Assembly (NCBI GenBank): GCA_044222475.1
Contig: JBGANF010000005.1
Span: 64,001 to 128,000, forward strand
Origin: Polyangiaceae bacterium
GTDB taxonomy: Bacteria; Myxococcota_A; Polyangia; Polyangiales; Polyangiaceae
Reading direction: 5' to 3'
DNA length: 64,000 nt
Positions 16,844-25,733 of this stretch are shown here, piece by piece. Every line of letters starts with the position of its first letter. The stretch's first letter is position 1. The notes under the pieces are model-generated. The model ran no database searches, was not told the DNA's origin, and worked only from the letters and a program-made list of their open reading frames with translations. Made by a program: the position numbers and the translations under genes.

Positions 16844-17613
16844 CCGAACGCCAGCGCGACCGCGGAGATCGAGCACGCTGCGGCGATCGCCCACCCTACT
16901 GGGCGAAGGCGCTGGGGCGGGACGCGCGCGAGCGCGACTCCGCCGGTGAGGAGGCACATCGGGACGACGGCCACGAACGGCGCCAGAGCCACCGTCCCAG
17001 AAAGGTACAACACGGCGCTTCCCAGAAACACCGCGGTCGGGAGCAGCGCGAGCCGCCGTCCCTCGCCGGCGACGAGGCCGCGCACGACGGCCGTTCCGAG
17101 CCCGAATACCGCCGTCCACACCGCGACGGCGGCGAGCGCGTGGGTGGGTGCGACGCCGTCCGCCACCGCGACCGGAAGCGCGAGCGACGCGAGCGCGGCA
17201 GCCGCCACCGTCTCTCCGAGCAAGGTGCGCTCCGCACCACGACGCACCAGCACCGCGACCGCGATCGACAGCGCGACCGGGAGGATGCTCGCTTGGACGC
17301 CGAGCATGCCGGAGAGCGCCAGAGCGATGCCGCCGCTCAGCCCGCACACGCCGATCAACGCGAGCAGCCGTCGCGCGGCGCGGTCGCCGTCCTCGCGTCG
17401 CGCCCGCGTGCCGCGCTGACCGCGCAAGACGAGCCACGGCTCGTGAGCGAGGAAAGCCGCGCAAGCGCTGCACGCGAACGCAAGGCCTGCGGGGGTCGGC
17501 TTCGTCATGGCGAGCGCTGCTACGAGCGGCAGGATCAGCTCGGCCCAGGCTCCGTGCTCGCGTGGAAGAAGGGACCGCGCTTTCGTGGGCGCGCGCCCCA
17601 TCGTCTGCTCCAT
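16840..17613 (-). CDS. YwiC-like membrane protein
   Basis: LLPREHGAWAELILPL signature; multiple TM segments; C-terminal LRPVGW. Confidence 0.85.
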   Translation of the reverse strand: MEQTMGRAPTKARSLLPREHGAWAELILPLVAALAMTKPTPAGLAFACSACAAFLAHEPWLVLRGQRGTRARREDGDRAARRLLALIGVCGLSGGIALALSGMLGVQASILPVALSIAVAVLVRRGAERTLLGETVAAAALASLALPVAVADGVAPTHALAAVAVWTAVFGLGTAVVRGLVAGEGRRLALLPTAVFLGSAVLYLSGTVALAPFVAVVPMCLLTGGVALARVPPQRLRPVGWAIAAACSISAVALAFG

Positions 17614-17624
17614 GCCTGGGACCA

Positions 17625-17640
17625 AGCAAGCGGCATTCCG
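17625..17640 (-). promoter_or_regulatory. Possible sigma54 -24/-12 promoter CGGAATGCCGCTTGCT
   Basis: GG-N10-GC with TTGC, ~13 nt upstream of ATG 17613. Confidence 0.45.
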
Positions 17641-17649
17641 GGCGCGGGC

Positions 17650-18333
17650 TCACGCCTCCGGATCGGGTCCGCCCGTGCCCGCGAGCGGCGCTGGCGCGAT
17701 GGCGCCGAGGACCTCGTGCCACGCTCCCTTCGAGCCCGCGACCACGAGCGCTCCCCGCGCCTCGAGCTCTTCCGCGGGGACGCCTCGAAACAGGAGATCG
17801 CGGAACGCTTCGACGTCGCCCGAGACGACGACCGACGGGCTCGGCGCCGGTCGATCTCGCACTCGGAGATACCGCTCGAGAAACGTGAGCGCGAAGGTGC
17901 GAACCGAGTCTCCCGCGATGACGCGAAGCTCGACGGACCGGTGGATCCCGCCGCGGTAGCGGCGCTTGAGCGAAAGAAACGCCCACGCGATGTCGAGCGC
18001 GTCGCCCCGCCGCGGCCGATCGAGCAGCGAGCCGCCGAAGCGACCGAGCTCCATCACGATCGGCTCGAGGCGCGCACCGCTCGCGGTGAGCGCGTACCGC
18101 GTCGCACCGTCGTCGTCGTGCTGCTTCTCGACGAGGCCGGCCCTCTCGAGCGCCTTCATGCGGCTCGCCAGGATGTTCGTCGTGATGCCGGGGAGCTCGG
18201 CCAAGAGCGTCCCGTAACGGCGAGGGCCGAGCAGCAGGTTCCGCACGATCAGGAGCGTCCATCGCCCGCCGAGCAGATCGAGCGCTCGCGCAACGCCGCA
18301 GAACTGTTGGTAACTCCGCTCTCCCGTCGCCAT
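17650..18333 (-). CDS. HxlR-family winged-helix regulator with C-terminal SCP2-like domain
   Basis: YQQFCGVARALDLLGGRWTLLIVRNLLLGPRRY...LPGITTNILASRM. Confidence 0.9.
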   Translation of the reverse strand: MATGERSYQQFCGVARALDLLGGRWTLLIVRNLLLGPRRYGTLLAELPGITTNILASRMKALERAGLVEKQHDDDGATRYALTASGARLEPIVMELGRFGGSLLDRPRRGDALDIAWAFLSLKRRYRGGIHRSVELRVIAGDSVRTFALTFLERYLRVRDRPAPSPSVVVSGDVEAFRDLLFRGVPAEELEARGALVVAGSKGAWHEVLGAIAPAPLAGTGGPDPEA

Positions 18334-18377
18334 CACTTGCCTATCAGCATATCCAGTACTATTGTTTTTGCAAGTGA
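18333..18377. promoter_or_regulatory. AT-rich divergent promoter with inverted repeat TCACTTGC-N29-GCAAGTGA (likely HxlR operator region)
   Basis: 8-bp perfect inverted repeat flanking an AT-rich spacer between divergent genes. Confidence 0.5.
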
Positions 18378-18378
18378 C

Positions 18379-19128
18379 ATGACCAGCTACTCCGTTGGAA
18401 TTCCCGCCCTCGCCATCCTCACGACGTCTCTCCTCCTCGCCGGCATCTGGCGCGCGTACCGCTCGCCCCGCGCCGTCGCGTGGGCTCTCGCCGCCGCGCT
18501 CGCGTGGTGGTCCGTCAGCGGCGCGCTCGCATCGGCGGGCGTGCTCGCGCGATTCGACGCGAGGCCACCGCCCATCGCGCCGTTCATGGCGAGCGTGCTC
18601 GTGCTGGGGGTCGTGCTCGGCCTCTCACCGGTCGGCCGCCGGCTCGCGACGGCGCTCCCGCTCGGCGTGTTGGTCATCGTCCAGGGCTTCCGATTTCCGC
18701 TCGAGCTCGTCATGCATCGAGCCGCGCTCGACGGGGTGATGCCGAACGCTCTCAGCTACTCGGGCTACAACTTCGACGTCGTCACCGGGGGCTCCGCGCT
18801 CCTCGTCGGCGCGCTCGCGCTCACGAACCGCGCGCCGCGCGCGCTCGTGTGGGCGTGGAACCTCGTCGGCATCGCGGCGCTCGCGATGATCGCCTTCATC
18901 GCCGTCGCCACGTCACCGATGGTGAGGGCGTTCGGCGACGATCAGCTCAACACGTGGGTCGCTCGGGTTCCCTACGTGTGGTTGCCGGCGATCAACGTGG
19001 TCTTCGCGATCGCGGGCCACGTCGTCGTGACACGGAAGCTCCTTGCCGAACGGTCCGCGGGTGCGGATCAGGAGAAGAACCGCCGCTCGGCCTTGGGCGC
19101 GTCCGCCCCGCCGACGATCTCGACGTAA
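18379..19128 (+). CDS. Multi-pass membrane protein of unknown function
   Basis: 249 aa, ~7 TM; QGFRFPLEL, GYNFDVVTG, PYVWLP. Confidence 0.75.
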   Translation: MTSYSVGIPALAILTTSLLLAGIWRAYRSPRAVAWALAAALAWWSVSGALASAGVLARFDARPPPIAPFMASVLVLGVVLGLSPVGRRLATALPLGVLVIVQGFRFPLELVMHRAALDGVMPNALSYSGYNFDVVTGGSALLVGALALTNRAPRALVWAWNLVGIAALAMIAFIAVATSPMVRAFGDDQLNTWVARVPYVWLPAINVVFAIAGHVVVTRKLLAERSAGADQEKNRRSALGASAPPTIST

Positions 19129-20222
19129 GGGCGCCCCGGATCGCGCCGCGGGAACGCGAAGCTCCCGGTGTTCGCGTACGTCGCTTCGTCGGCTGCGACG
19201 TGGGCGTGCCCGAAGACGACGAGCTTCGCGTTCGTCGCGCTCGCGAGCTTCGCGCCGGCGTCGGCGAGGCGCGCACGAACGTCACCGCCGTAGCGATCGT
19301 GCCCGAGCGCCCAGCTCGTTGCGAGCGCGAGAGCGCCGAGCGCGACGAGTCCGCCTCCGACCGATCGCTTGCCAGTCGCGAGGAGCCCGAGGCCGGCCAC
19401 GATCGACACCGTGCCGGCGACGCGATCGAGGTACAGCCGCGCGACCGTCCCACGAAGGGACGTCATCGTCGGCGTCGCGGCGTGCCCGAGGATCGACTCG
19501 GCGAGGGCTCGATCGGCGCCGACCTCGGCGCTGAAATCGTCGAGAAGCGCCTCTCCGTGCGCGCGCTCTTCCGCCCCGCGGAAGAACGGCCCCGCCTTCG
19601 CGAGCGCGAGCGCGACCGCGTAGAAGTATCGCCCGACGACGTACGGCCCGCGCGGCCCGTACATCGTGAACGCGCTGAGGAAGAGCCCGAGCGGCGTCTC
19701 CTCGTTCTTGTTGAGGTACGCGAACGCGCCAGTGGGTGCGATGAACTCCTCGACGAAGTGGACGCCGAGGCTCCCCTTCGGGATCACGAGAGGGTGCGCC
19801 GGCGCGTTGTCGGGATCGTAGAGGTGCCCGTGCTCGACGTGGAGCGCGCCGTCGCGGAAGAACCACGGCGTCGTCGCGATGCGAGAACGCGCCGCGCCGC
19901 GCAGATCGAGCGCATCGGCGATGCGCCGCGCGGCCCCTTCGCCGCCGAGCTCGGGATCGTGGTTGCCGGCGACGAAGCGGAGCTCCCCTCCCCGGTCGAC
20001 GTGCTCGGCGAGCGCGCGCCGCAGCTCGGGTCGCGAGCCGAACCCCTCCTCGACCGCGCGCGACGACGGAACCCGCGGCGTCTCCGCCGAGAGGTCGAAG
20101 AAGTCGCCGACGAACACCATGCGGGCGCCGGGGCTCTGGCGCACGAGGCGCGCCAGGTCGTCTTCGACCGCACGCGGCGTGTGCGACGAGAGGTGCAGAT
20201 CGCCGAGCGCGAGGGTGCGCAT
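19068..20222 (-). CDS. Calcineurin-like metallophosphoesterase with TM hairpin
   Basis: GDLHL, GDFFD, GNHD, EHGHLYD, FGHAH, YANTGS. Confidence 0.87.
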   Translation of the reverse strand: MRTLALGDLHLSSHTPRAVEDDLARLVRQSPGARMVFVGDFFDLSAETPRVPSSRAVEEGFGSRPELRRALAEHVDRGGELRFVAGNHDPELGGEGAARRIADALDLRGAARSRIATTPWFFRDGALHVEHGHLYDPDNAPAHPLVIPKGSLGVHFVEEFIAPTGAFAYLNKNEETPLGLFLSAFTMYGPRGPYVVGRYFYAVALALAKAGPFFRGAEERAHGEALLDDFSAEVGADRALAESILGHAATPTMTSLRGTVARLYLDRVAGTVSIVAGLGLLATGKRSVGGGLVALGALALATSWALGHDRYGGDVRARLADAGAKLASATNAKLVVFGHAHVAADEATYANTGSFAFPRRDPGRPYVEIVGGADAPKAERRFFS

Positions 20223-20248
20223 CGCGCTCGTATAGCACGCCGAACCCC

Positions 20249-20494
20249 TCAAAGAGCGTTGGCGACGTACGAACCCGTGAGGCGGTGCGCGATCTCGGCG
20301 GCGTTGGTCGTGAACATCTCGGTATGTGTGCACTGTGCACATACGACGAGGGTGAACGTGTGGCGCACCTGGAGGTTCTGCGATGCGACGAGACCCAGGA
20401 CGGTCGTCGGCGTCCACAGCTCGACTTGGAGCTGCGGAAGGACTTGGAACGACTTGCCGCCGCAGTGCCCGCAGGGCTTCGGATGGTAGGACAT
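20249..20494 (-). CDS. Small zinc-ribbon protein
   Basis: 81 aa; CGHC...CAQCTHTEMF; TAGCCT -10 element 7 nt upstream. Confidence 0.72.
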   Translation of the reverse strand: MSYHPKPCGHCGGKSFQVLPQLQVELWTPTTVLGLVASQNLQVRHTFTLVVCAQCTHTEMFTTNAAEIAHRLTGSYVANAL

Positions 20495-20544
20495 GGGTCC
20501 CAGGCTAAGCGAACGGCCGACGGCCGTGGTAGCGTCTCCGTCCG

Positions 20545-21495
20545 ATGCCGGCACCGCGCCCTGCTCTCGTCGCTCTGGTGTTGCTGACGGCCGCGGCCGC
20601 CTGCGACAAGCACTCGGCGACGCCGGCGGCGACACCGTCGGCGAGCGCGTCCGCCAGCGCGGCGGTCGCGGCTCCGTTGCCTCACGGCGCGGTCGCCTGC
20701 GGCGATCTCGGCTGCCTCGAGTTCGACAAGCTCGAGGACGCCTTCGCGACCGTGCTCGACGAAGGCCCGAAGGTCGTCGCGGTCGGTGAGGCGCACGCAC
20801 CCAAGGGCGCCACCGTCCCGTCGTCGACCAAGCGTTTCACCGACGAGGTCCTGCCGGGCCTCGCGGGCAAGGCCTCCGACATCCTCGTCGAGCTCATGCA
20901 ACCTCCGACGGGGTGCCAGAAGGCCACCGCGGACGTTCGCCAGAAGCAGGAGGTCGTCACCCAGAAGCAGGCGCAGACCGACCAGAACGAGTACGTCACG
21001 CTGGGCACCAAGGCGCGCGCGCTCGGCGTCGTGCCCGATCTCCTTCGACCCACGTGCGACGACCTCGCGGCGATCGCCGACGCCGGTGAGCCGATCGCGG
21101 CCAGCCTCGGGCTCATCAAGCGACTCACCGTCGCCAAGGTGAAGCAGCTCGTCGATCGCAACGGCAAGACCGAGGCCGACGCCAAGAAGATCGTCTTCAC
21201 CTACGGAGGCGCGCTCCACAACGACCTCGCGCCGCAGCGTGAGCTCGCCGACTACGCGTTCGGAACCGAGCTGTCGGCGTACACGATGGGCAAGTATGCC
21301 GAGGTCGACTTCTTCGTCCCCGAGTTCATCGTCGACAACGACAACTGGAGGAAGCTCGAGTGGTACGACACTTACAAGAAGCTCCCCCACACGACGAAGG
21401 TCGTCATGTTCCGCCCGCGGGCGCGGGGGTACGTGATCCTCGCCTCGGCGCCCCCGCCGGGCACCCAAGGAAGCTCCGACGCCGGCAGTCCGTAG
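20545..21495 (+). CDS. Hypothetical lipoprotein (possible ChaN/TIKI-like fold)
   Basis: Lipobox AAAC; AVGEAH and YGGALHND motifs; strong GC3 codon bias. Confidence 0.7.
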   Translation: MPAPRPALVALVLLTAAAACDKHSATPAATPSASASASAAVAAPLPHGAVACGDLGCLEFDKLEDAFATVLDEGPKVVAVGEAHAPKGATVPSSTKRFTDEVLPGLAGKASDILVELMQPPTGCQKATADVRQKQEVVTQKQAQTDQNEYVTLGTKARALGVVPDLLRPTCDDLAAIADAGEPIAASLGLIKRLTVAKVKQLVDRNGKTEADAKKIVFTYGGALHNDLAPQRELADYAFGTELSAYTMGKYAEVDFFVPEFIVDNDNWRKLEWYDTYKKLPHTTKVVMFRPRARGYVILASAPPPGTQGSSDAGSP

Positions 21496-21502
21496 AACGG
21501 AC

Positions 21503-22171
21503 ATGCGCGCAGCCGTACTCGCCGCGTTCTTCGTGGCGCTGGCCCTGAGCGCCGGGTGCAAGAAGAAGCACGCCTCGCCGTCGGGCAGTGCGTCGCGGCC
21601 CCACTTCGAGCTTCGCGGGGTCGACGAGAGCGCCGATCCGTTCATGGGCGCGACGCTGAGCGGCACCGCCATGGTGACCACCGAGAGCCAGGGATTCGGC
21701 TCCGCGTTCACCAACCACTACGCATACGTCAGCGTGCCCAGGGGCAGCGATCCGATGGTGCAGGATCGCGAGCTGCGGGCCGCAACGGGCGCGATCTCGC
21801 CGCCTCTCGGGGACGCATTCGCCTTCGGCATCGATGCCGTCGAGTGCGTCCCCACGAAGGTGCGCACGTACGTCGTCCGGGCTCCGATCGCAACGGACGC
21901 GGACGTCGAGAGCGCAGTAGCGAACAGCGAAGGCGGTCAGTGGTCGGTGCTCGTCAGCTTCAGCCCCGCCGCGGCCGAACGGTTCGCCGACTACACCGCG
22001 ATCCACGTCAACGAGCGCCTCGCGATCATCGTCGACGACGTCGTCCAGTCCGCTCCCGTCATCCGCAGCAAGATCGGCGGCGGCCGCGCGTCGATCACGA
22101 TGGGTCAGTGCGACCCGATCGCGCAGGAGCGAGAAGCCAAGCGCCTCGCCGCCGCGCTCGGAGGCTCGTGA
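21503..22171 (+). CDS. Lipoprotein with SecD/SecDF P1-head-like subdomain
   Basis: Lipobox SAGC; FADYTAIHVNERLAIIVDDVVQSAPVIRSKIGGGRASIT; no SecD TM region. Confidence 0.8.
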   Translation: MRAAVLAAFFVALALSAGCKKKHASPSGSASRPHFELRGVDESADPFMGATLSGTAMVTTESQGFGSAFTNHYAYVSVPRGSDPMVQDRELRAATGAISPPLGDAFAFGIDAVECVPTKVRTYVVRAPIATDADVESAVANSEGGQWSVLVSFSPAAAERFADYTAIHVNERLAIIVDDVVQSAPVIRSKIGGGRASITMGQCDPIAQEREAKRLAAALGGS

Positions 22172-22791
22172 CTCCCACGAGACGCGCCTTCCTCGGCGGG
22201 CTCGCCGCTGCCGCGGTGACCGTCGCCCGCGACGCGCTGGCGAGCGCGACGCCGACGTTCGGTCTCGTGCTCCATCGGCCGACACCCACCGACGAGTCGC
22301 ATGCATTCCTCCACGAGGTCGCGCGCGCCGTCGGGCTCGCTCGCGACATCTACCTCCCGCTCGGCTTCGACCTCGCCATCGACGCGGTCTCCGCCCTCGA
22401 CCCGGTGCACCATCGCATCGAGAGCGTCGGCATGCGCGACGCGCTGTCCCCGCTGGTGCGCCCGCGTCGCATCAACGTCTTCCTCGTCGAAGCGCTCCGC
22501 GACTCGGAGAGCAAGACGGTCTACCGCAACGGCGTCACCTGGGACTCGCGCGTCGCGCCGGTGCGCCGCTTCATCATCCTCGCGCGCGGTGCGTGGGACT
22601 CGTCGCTCGCGCACGAGCTGGGTCACTTCTTCGGCATCCCAGAGCACTCGGCGCAGAAGAACAACCTCATGAGCTACGACCGAGAAGACGACCTCGTGTT
22701 CCTCGACGAAGGGCAGAAGGCGCGCATCCGGGCCGGGGCCGCGAGACTCCTCGCGAGCAAGGCCCAGGACGACCTCTCCGCGCGACCGTGA
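22168..22791 (+). CDS. Tat-signal metzincin-type zinc metallopeptidase
   Basis: TRRAFLGG Tat motif; HELGHFFGIPEH and NLMSY Met-turn; GTGA overlap. Confidence 0.8.
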   Translation: MTPTRRAFLGGLAAAAVTVARDALASATPTFGLVLHRPTPTDESHAFLHEVARAVGLARDIYLPLGFDLAIDAVSALDPVHHRIESVGMRDALSPLVRPRRINVFLVEALRDSESKTVYRNGVTWDSRVAPVRRFIILARGAWDSSLAHELGHFFGIPEHSAQKNNLMSYDREDDLVFLDEGQKARIRAGAARLLASKAQDDLSARP

Positions 22792-22792
22792 C

Positions 22793-23167
22793 TCAGACCT
22801 CGGGGACGCCCGGCAGCGCGGCGGCTTCTTTCGCCTCGAGCTTCTTCGTCTCTCCCTCGACCGTCGGCAGCGAGATGATGAACGCCGTCCACGACGGGAA
22901 GAGCTGCACGCCCGGGATCATCTCGAGCGCGAGCGCGAACACGATGCGCCAGCGGAAGCCGAGAAGCACGAGCATCAGGATCGCGACGAGGATGTCCATC
23001 ACGTCGGCCGGGAGCCACGACAGCGCCGGCATCTCGAAGAACATCCCGCCCTGAGCCGCGTCGGCCAGGAGGGCGATCGCGATCGCGACCTTCTTGCGGC
23101 TGGCAGGGACGGCCGCGGGGCTCACGTTCAGATGGGCGCGGGCAGCTCGGGCGATGTCGATCGACAT
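22793..23167 (-). CDS. Hypothetical membrane protein
   Basis: 124 aa; ALEMIPGVQLFPSWT; hydrophobic segments. Confidence 0.65.
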   Translation of the reverse strand: MSIDIARAARAHLNVSPAAVPASRKKVAIAIALLADAAQGGMFFEMPALSWLPADVMDILVAILMLVLLGFRWRIVFALALEMIPGVQLFPSWTAFIISLPTVEGETKKLEAKEAAALPGVPEV

Positions 23168-23224
23168 GACGCCTTCAACATAAGGACTCTCGCGCGGCGC
23201 GCAACCGCCCCGTTTTCAGCCAAA

Positions 23225-24319
23225 TCACCGGTCGAGAATGGACTCGACCTCTGCGTAGACCCGTTTGCGCCACTCGGCGATCGCCGACTCTCCACGGTGC
23301 AGCTTGTCGGTCTCGGCGAGCACTTTTTCCAGGGGTGCGAGGGTGACGTACGGGTCGTCGGGGCTGCGCTCCTCGGTGCTCGCGGGGCCGAACCACCCGG
23401 CCATGAAGTCGCTCCGGCCGCGCTGGAGCTCCCGGATGGCGGCGTTGGCGAGGCGCGCGCCGAGCAGGCGATCGAACGCGCTCGGCGACCCGCCGCGGAC
23501 GACGTGCCCGAGCACCGTCACCCGAGTGTCGACGTTGGGGATGATCGCCGCGACCTTCGCGTCGACGCGAGCTTTGAGGTCGGCGGTAGGGATCTTCACC
23601 CCCTCGGCCTTGAGGATCAACACGTGCCGCTTGTGGGCCGCGTCCTTGTACGCCTTCACCATGACCCGGACGACGTGGTCCACGAAGTCTTCGTCGGTCT
23701 TGTTCGTCTCGCGCACGAGGACGACATCGGCGCCTGACGCGATGCCGGCGGTCATCGCGAGGTAGCCCATGTCGCGGCCCATGACCTCGACGAGGAACGT
23801 GCGGTGATGCGCGGTCGCCGTGTCGCGGATGCGGTCGCACGCCTCGACGATGGTGTTCATCGCGGTGTCGACGCCGACCGACATCGACGTGCACGCGAGG
23901 TCGTTGTCGATGCTGGCGGGGATCCCGCCGACGAGGAGGGTCTCGCCGCTCGCCGTCCGTGCGTCGCGGAGGGTCCGCGCGCCGGTGAGCGAGCCGTTGC
24001 CGCCGATCACGAGAAGCGCGTCGAGCCCGAGCGCGAGGATCGCGTCACCCGCGCGCTTGCGACCTTCCGGGGTCTGGAACACGAGGCTGCGCGCGGTGCC
24101 GAGGACCGTGCCGCCGCGCCGCGACGCCTCGTCGAGCATGCGTAGATCGAGCGCCACCGTGCGGCCGTCCATCAGGCCGGCGTAGCCATCCTCGATCCCG
24201 ACGACCGAGAGCCCGAGCTCGGCGGCCACGCGAGCGGCGCCGCGGAGCACCGAGTTCATGCCCGGCGCGTCACCGCCGGAGGTGAGAAGCGCGATCTTGG
24301 CGCCAGCCTTGAGGGCCAT
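23225..24319 (-). CDS. pfkA: ATP-dependent 6-phosphofructokinase
   Basis: LTSGGDAPGMN, GGTVLGTAR, IGGNGS, PASIDND, VEVMGR, LGHVVRGG. Confidence 0.95.
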   Translation of the reverse strand: MALKAGAKIALLTSGGDAPGMNSVLRGAARVAAELGLSVVGIEDGYAGLMDGRTVALDLRMLDEASRRGGTVLGTARSLVFQTPEGRKRAGDAILALGLDALLVIGGNGSLTGARTLRDARTASGETLLVGGIPASIDNDLACTSMSVGVDTAMNTIVEACDRIRDTATAHHRTFLVEVMGRDMGYLAMTAGIASGADVVLVRETNKTDEDFVDHVVRVMVKAYKDAAHKRHVLILKAEGVKIPTADLKARVDAKVAAIIPNVDTRVTVLGHVVRGGSPSAFDRLLGARLANAAIRELQRGRSDFMAGWFGPASTEERSPDDPYVTLAPLEKVLAETDKLHRGESAIAEWRKRVYAEVESILDR

Positions 24320-24339
24320 GGGCCGAATGTACTCGAAAC

Positions 24340-24768
24340 TCACTCGAGGTGGCAGGCCTGCGAGGCGTCGTCGGGGCAGTCGCAGCTGCGCTTCAGCGAC
24401 ACGGCGGTGACCTCGGTCTTCGATGCGCGCTCGCCGAGGACGAACTGCGCATCGACGTCGGCGCCGCCGCCGTGCAGCGTGACCCAGAAGCAGCTCGTGT
24501 CGTGCTGGCTCTGGAAGTTGCTCACCGAGAACGAGGTGCTCGCCCGCACCGCCTTCGTCACGGCGTCGGCTTCGAGCCCCGCCGCCGCAGGCGTCGCGTC
24601 GGTGCCGCCCTTGACCGAGGCGACGTAGGCCTCGATCGCCTTTCGACCGTCGGCGTGGCCCCGCGTCAACACCACCACGAGGGTGATCATCGCCCCGCCC
24701 ATGACCACGACCATGAAGCAGCCGAAGCCGAGCCCGAGTCCCTTCCCTTGTGTCTGCTCTTCCGCCAT
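24340..24768 (-). CDS. Hypothetical single-TM protein with Cys-rich C-terminus
   Basis: 142 aa ORF with N-terminal TM; fills the gap between pfkA and the next gene. Confidence 0.6.
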   Translation of the reverse strand: MAEEQTQGKGLGLGFGCFMVVVMGGAMITLVVVLTRGHADGRKAIEAYVASVKGGTDATPAAAGLEADAVTKAVRASTSFSVSNFQSQHDTSCFWVTLHGGGADVDAQFVLGERASKTEVTAVSLKRSCDCPDDASQACHLE

Positions 24769-24839
24769 CGAACCCCATCATCGCATCGGAGCCGTCGTTT
24801 CGGTGAGCCGAATCCCCACGGCGCAGGCCACTGAGGAGA

Positions 24840-25733
24840 GTGCCGGCATACCAAGCTCGCCTCGCGTTCCTCGAGTCGCGCGGACGCGGAAAGCGCTTCA
24901 CCGCCCGCCGCGGCGCCGTCGAGTCCATCCTCCGCGCGGCGTACGCGTTCGATTGGCCGGCGCGCGCGTGGGGTCTCGTGCCTGGCGCGTGCGACGTCCG
25001 CGTGGAGCGGCGCGTGCTGCGCGTGCTCCCGCCGCGCATGCCCTCGCTGCGGGTCGCGTTCGCGTCCGACCTGCACCTCGGGCCGACGACGCCTGACGCG
25101 ATCCTCGTCCGCGCGGAGAACCTCCTCCGAGAAGCGCGACCCGACGTGCTCCTCCTCGGCGGGGACTACGTCTTCCTCGACGCGACGCCGACGAAGGCCG
25201 CGCGCCTCGCCCAGTTCGTCCGCCGGATCGAAGCACCGCGCACGCTCGCGGTGATGGGGAACCACGACCTATGGACCGAGCACCACCTCCTCGAGAGGGC
25301 GCTGGAGGCGGCTGGCGCGGAGGTCTTGGTGAACGATGGCGTGCGCCTCGAAGGTGCTCACGATCGCGTGCTCGTCGGCGGGATCGACGACCCGTGGACG
25401 GGCTCCCCTGATGCATCGAGGGCTTTTCGACGCAAGCGCAACGGAGACGTCGCGATCGCCTTCAGCCACGCGCCGGAGGCGCTCCCGCTGGCGCAGGCGT
25501 TCGATCCCGTTCTCCTCGTCTGCGGACACACCCACGGCGGGCACGTCGCGTTGCCCGGAGGGATCCCCATCGTCGCGCCCGGACCGATGAGCCGAAAGCA
25601 CCACGCTGGTTCGTACCATCTTGGTACGACGGAGCTCGTCGTCTCGCGAGGCCTCGGCGGGATCGAGGTGGCATTCCGCCTCTTTGCCCCGCCCGACGTC
25701 GTGATTGTCGATTTGCTACCATCGGCACGGTGA
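24840..25733 (+). CDS. Metallophosphoesterase (YkuE/YaeI-like)
   Basis: SDLHLG, GGDY, GNHD, SHAPE, CGHTHGG, VSRGLG. Confidence 0.9.
   Translation: MPAYQARLAFLESRGRGKRFTARRGAVESILRAAYAFDWPARAWGLVPGACDVRVERRVLRVLPPRMPSLRVAFASDLHLGPTTPDAILVRAENLLREARPDVLLLGGDYVFLDATPTKAARLAQFVRRIEAPRTLAVMGNHDLWTEHHLLERALEAAGAEVLVNDGVRLEGAHDRVLVGGIDDPWTGSPDASRAFRRKRNGDVAIAFSHAPEALPLAQAFDPVLLVCGHTHGGHVALPGGIPIVAPGPMSRKHHAGSYHLGTTELVVSRGLGGIEVAFRLFAPPDVVIVDLLPSAR

Noticed and set aside
20249..20494. Cytochrome c call for small Cys-rich proteins
   Set aside because: The motifs are CGHC and CAQCTH, not CxxCH, and there is no signal peptide; a zinc ribbon fits better
21503..22171. Bona fide secD
   Set aside because: Lacks the TM domain and yajC/secF neighbours
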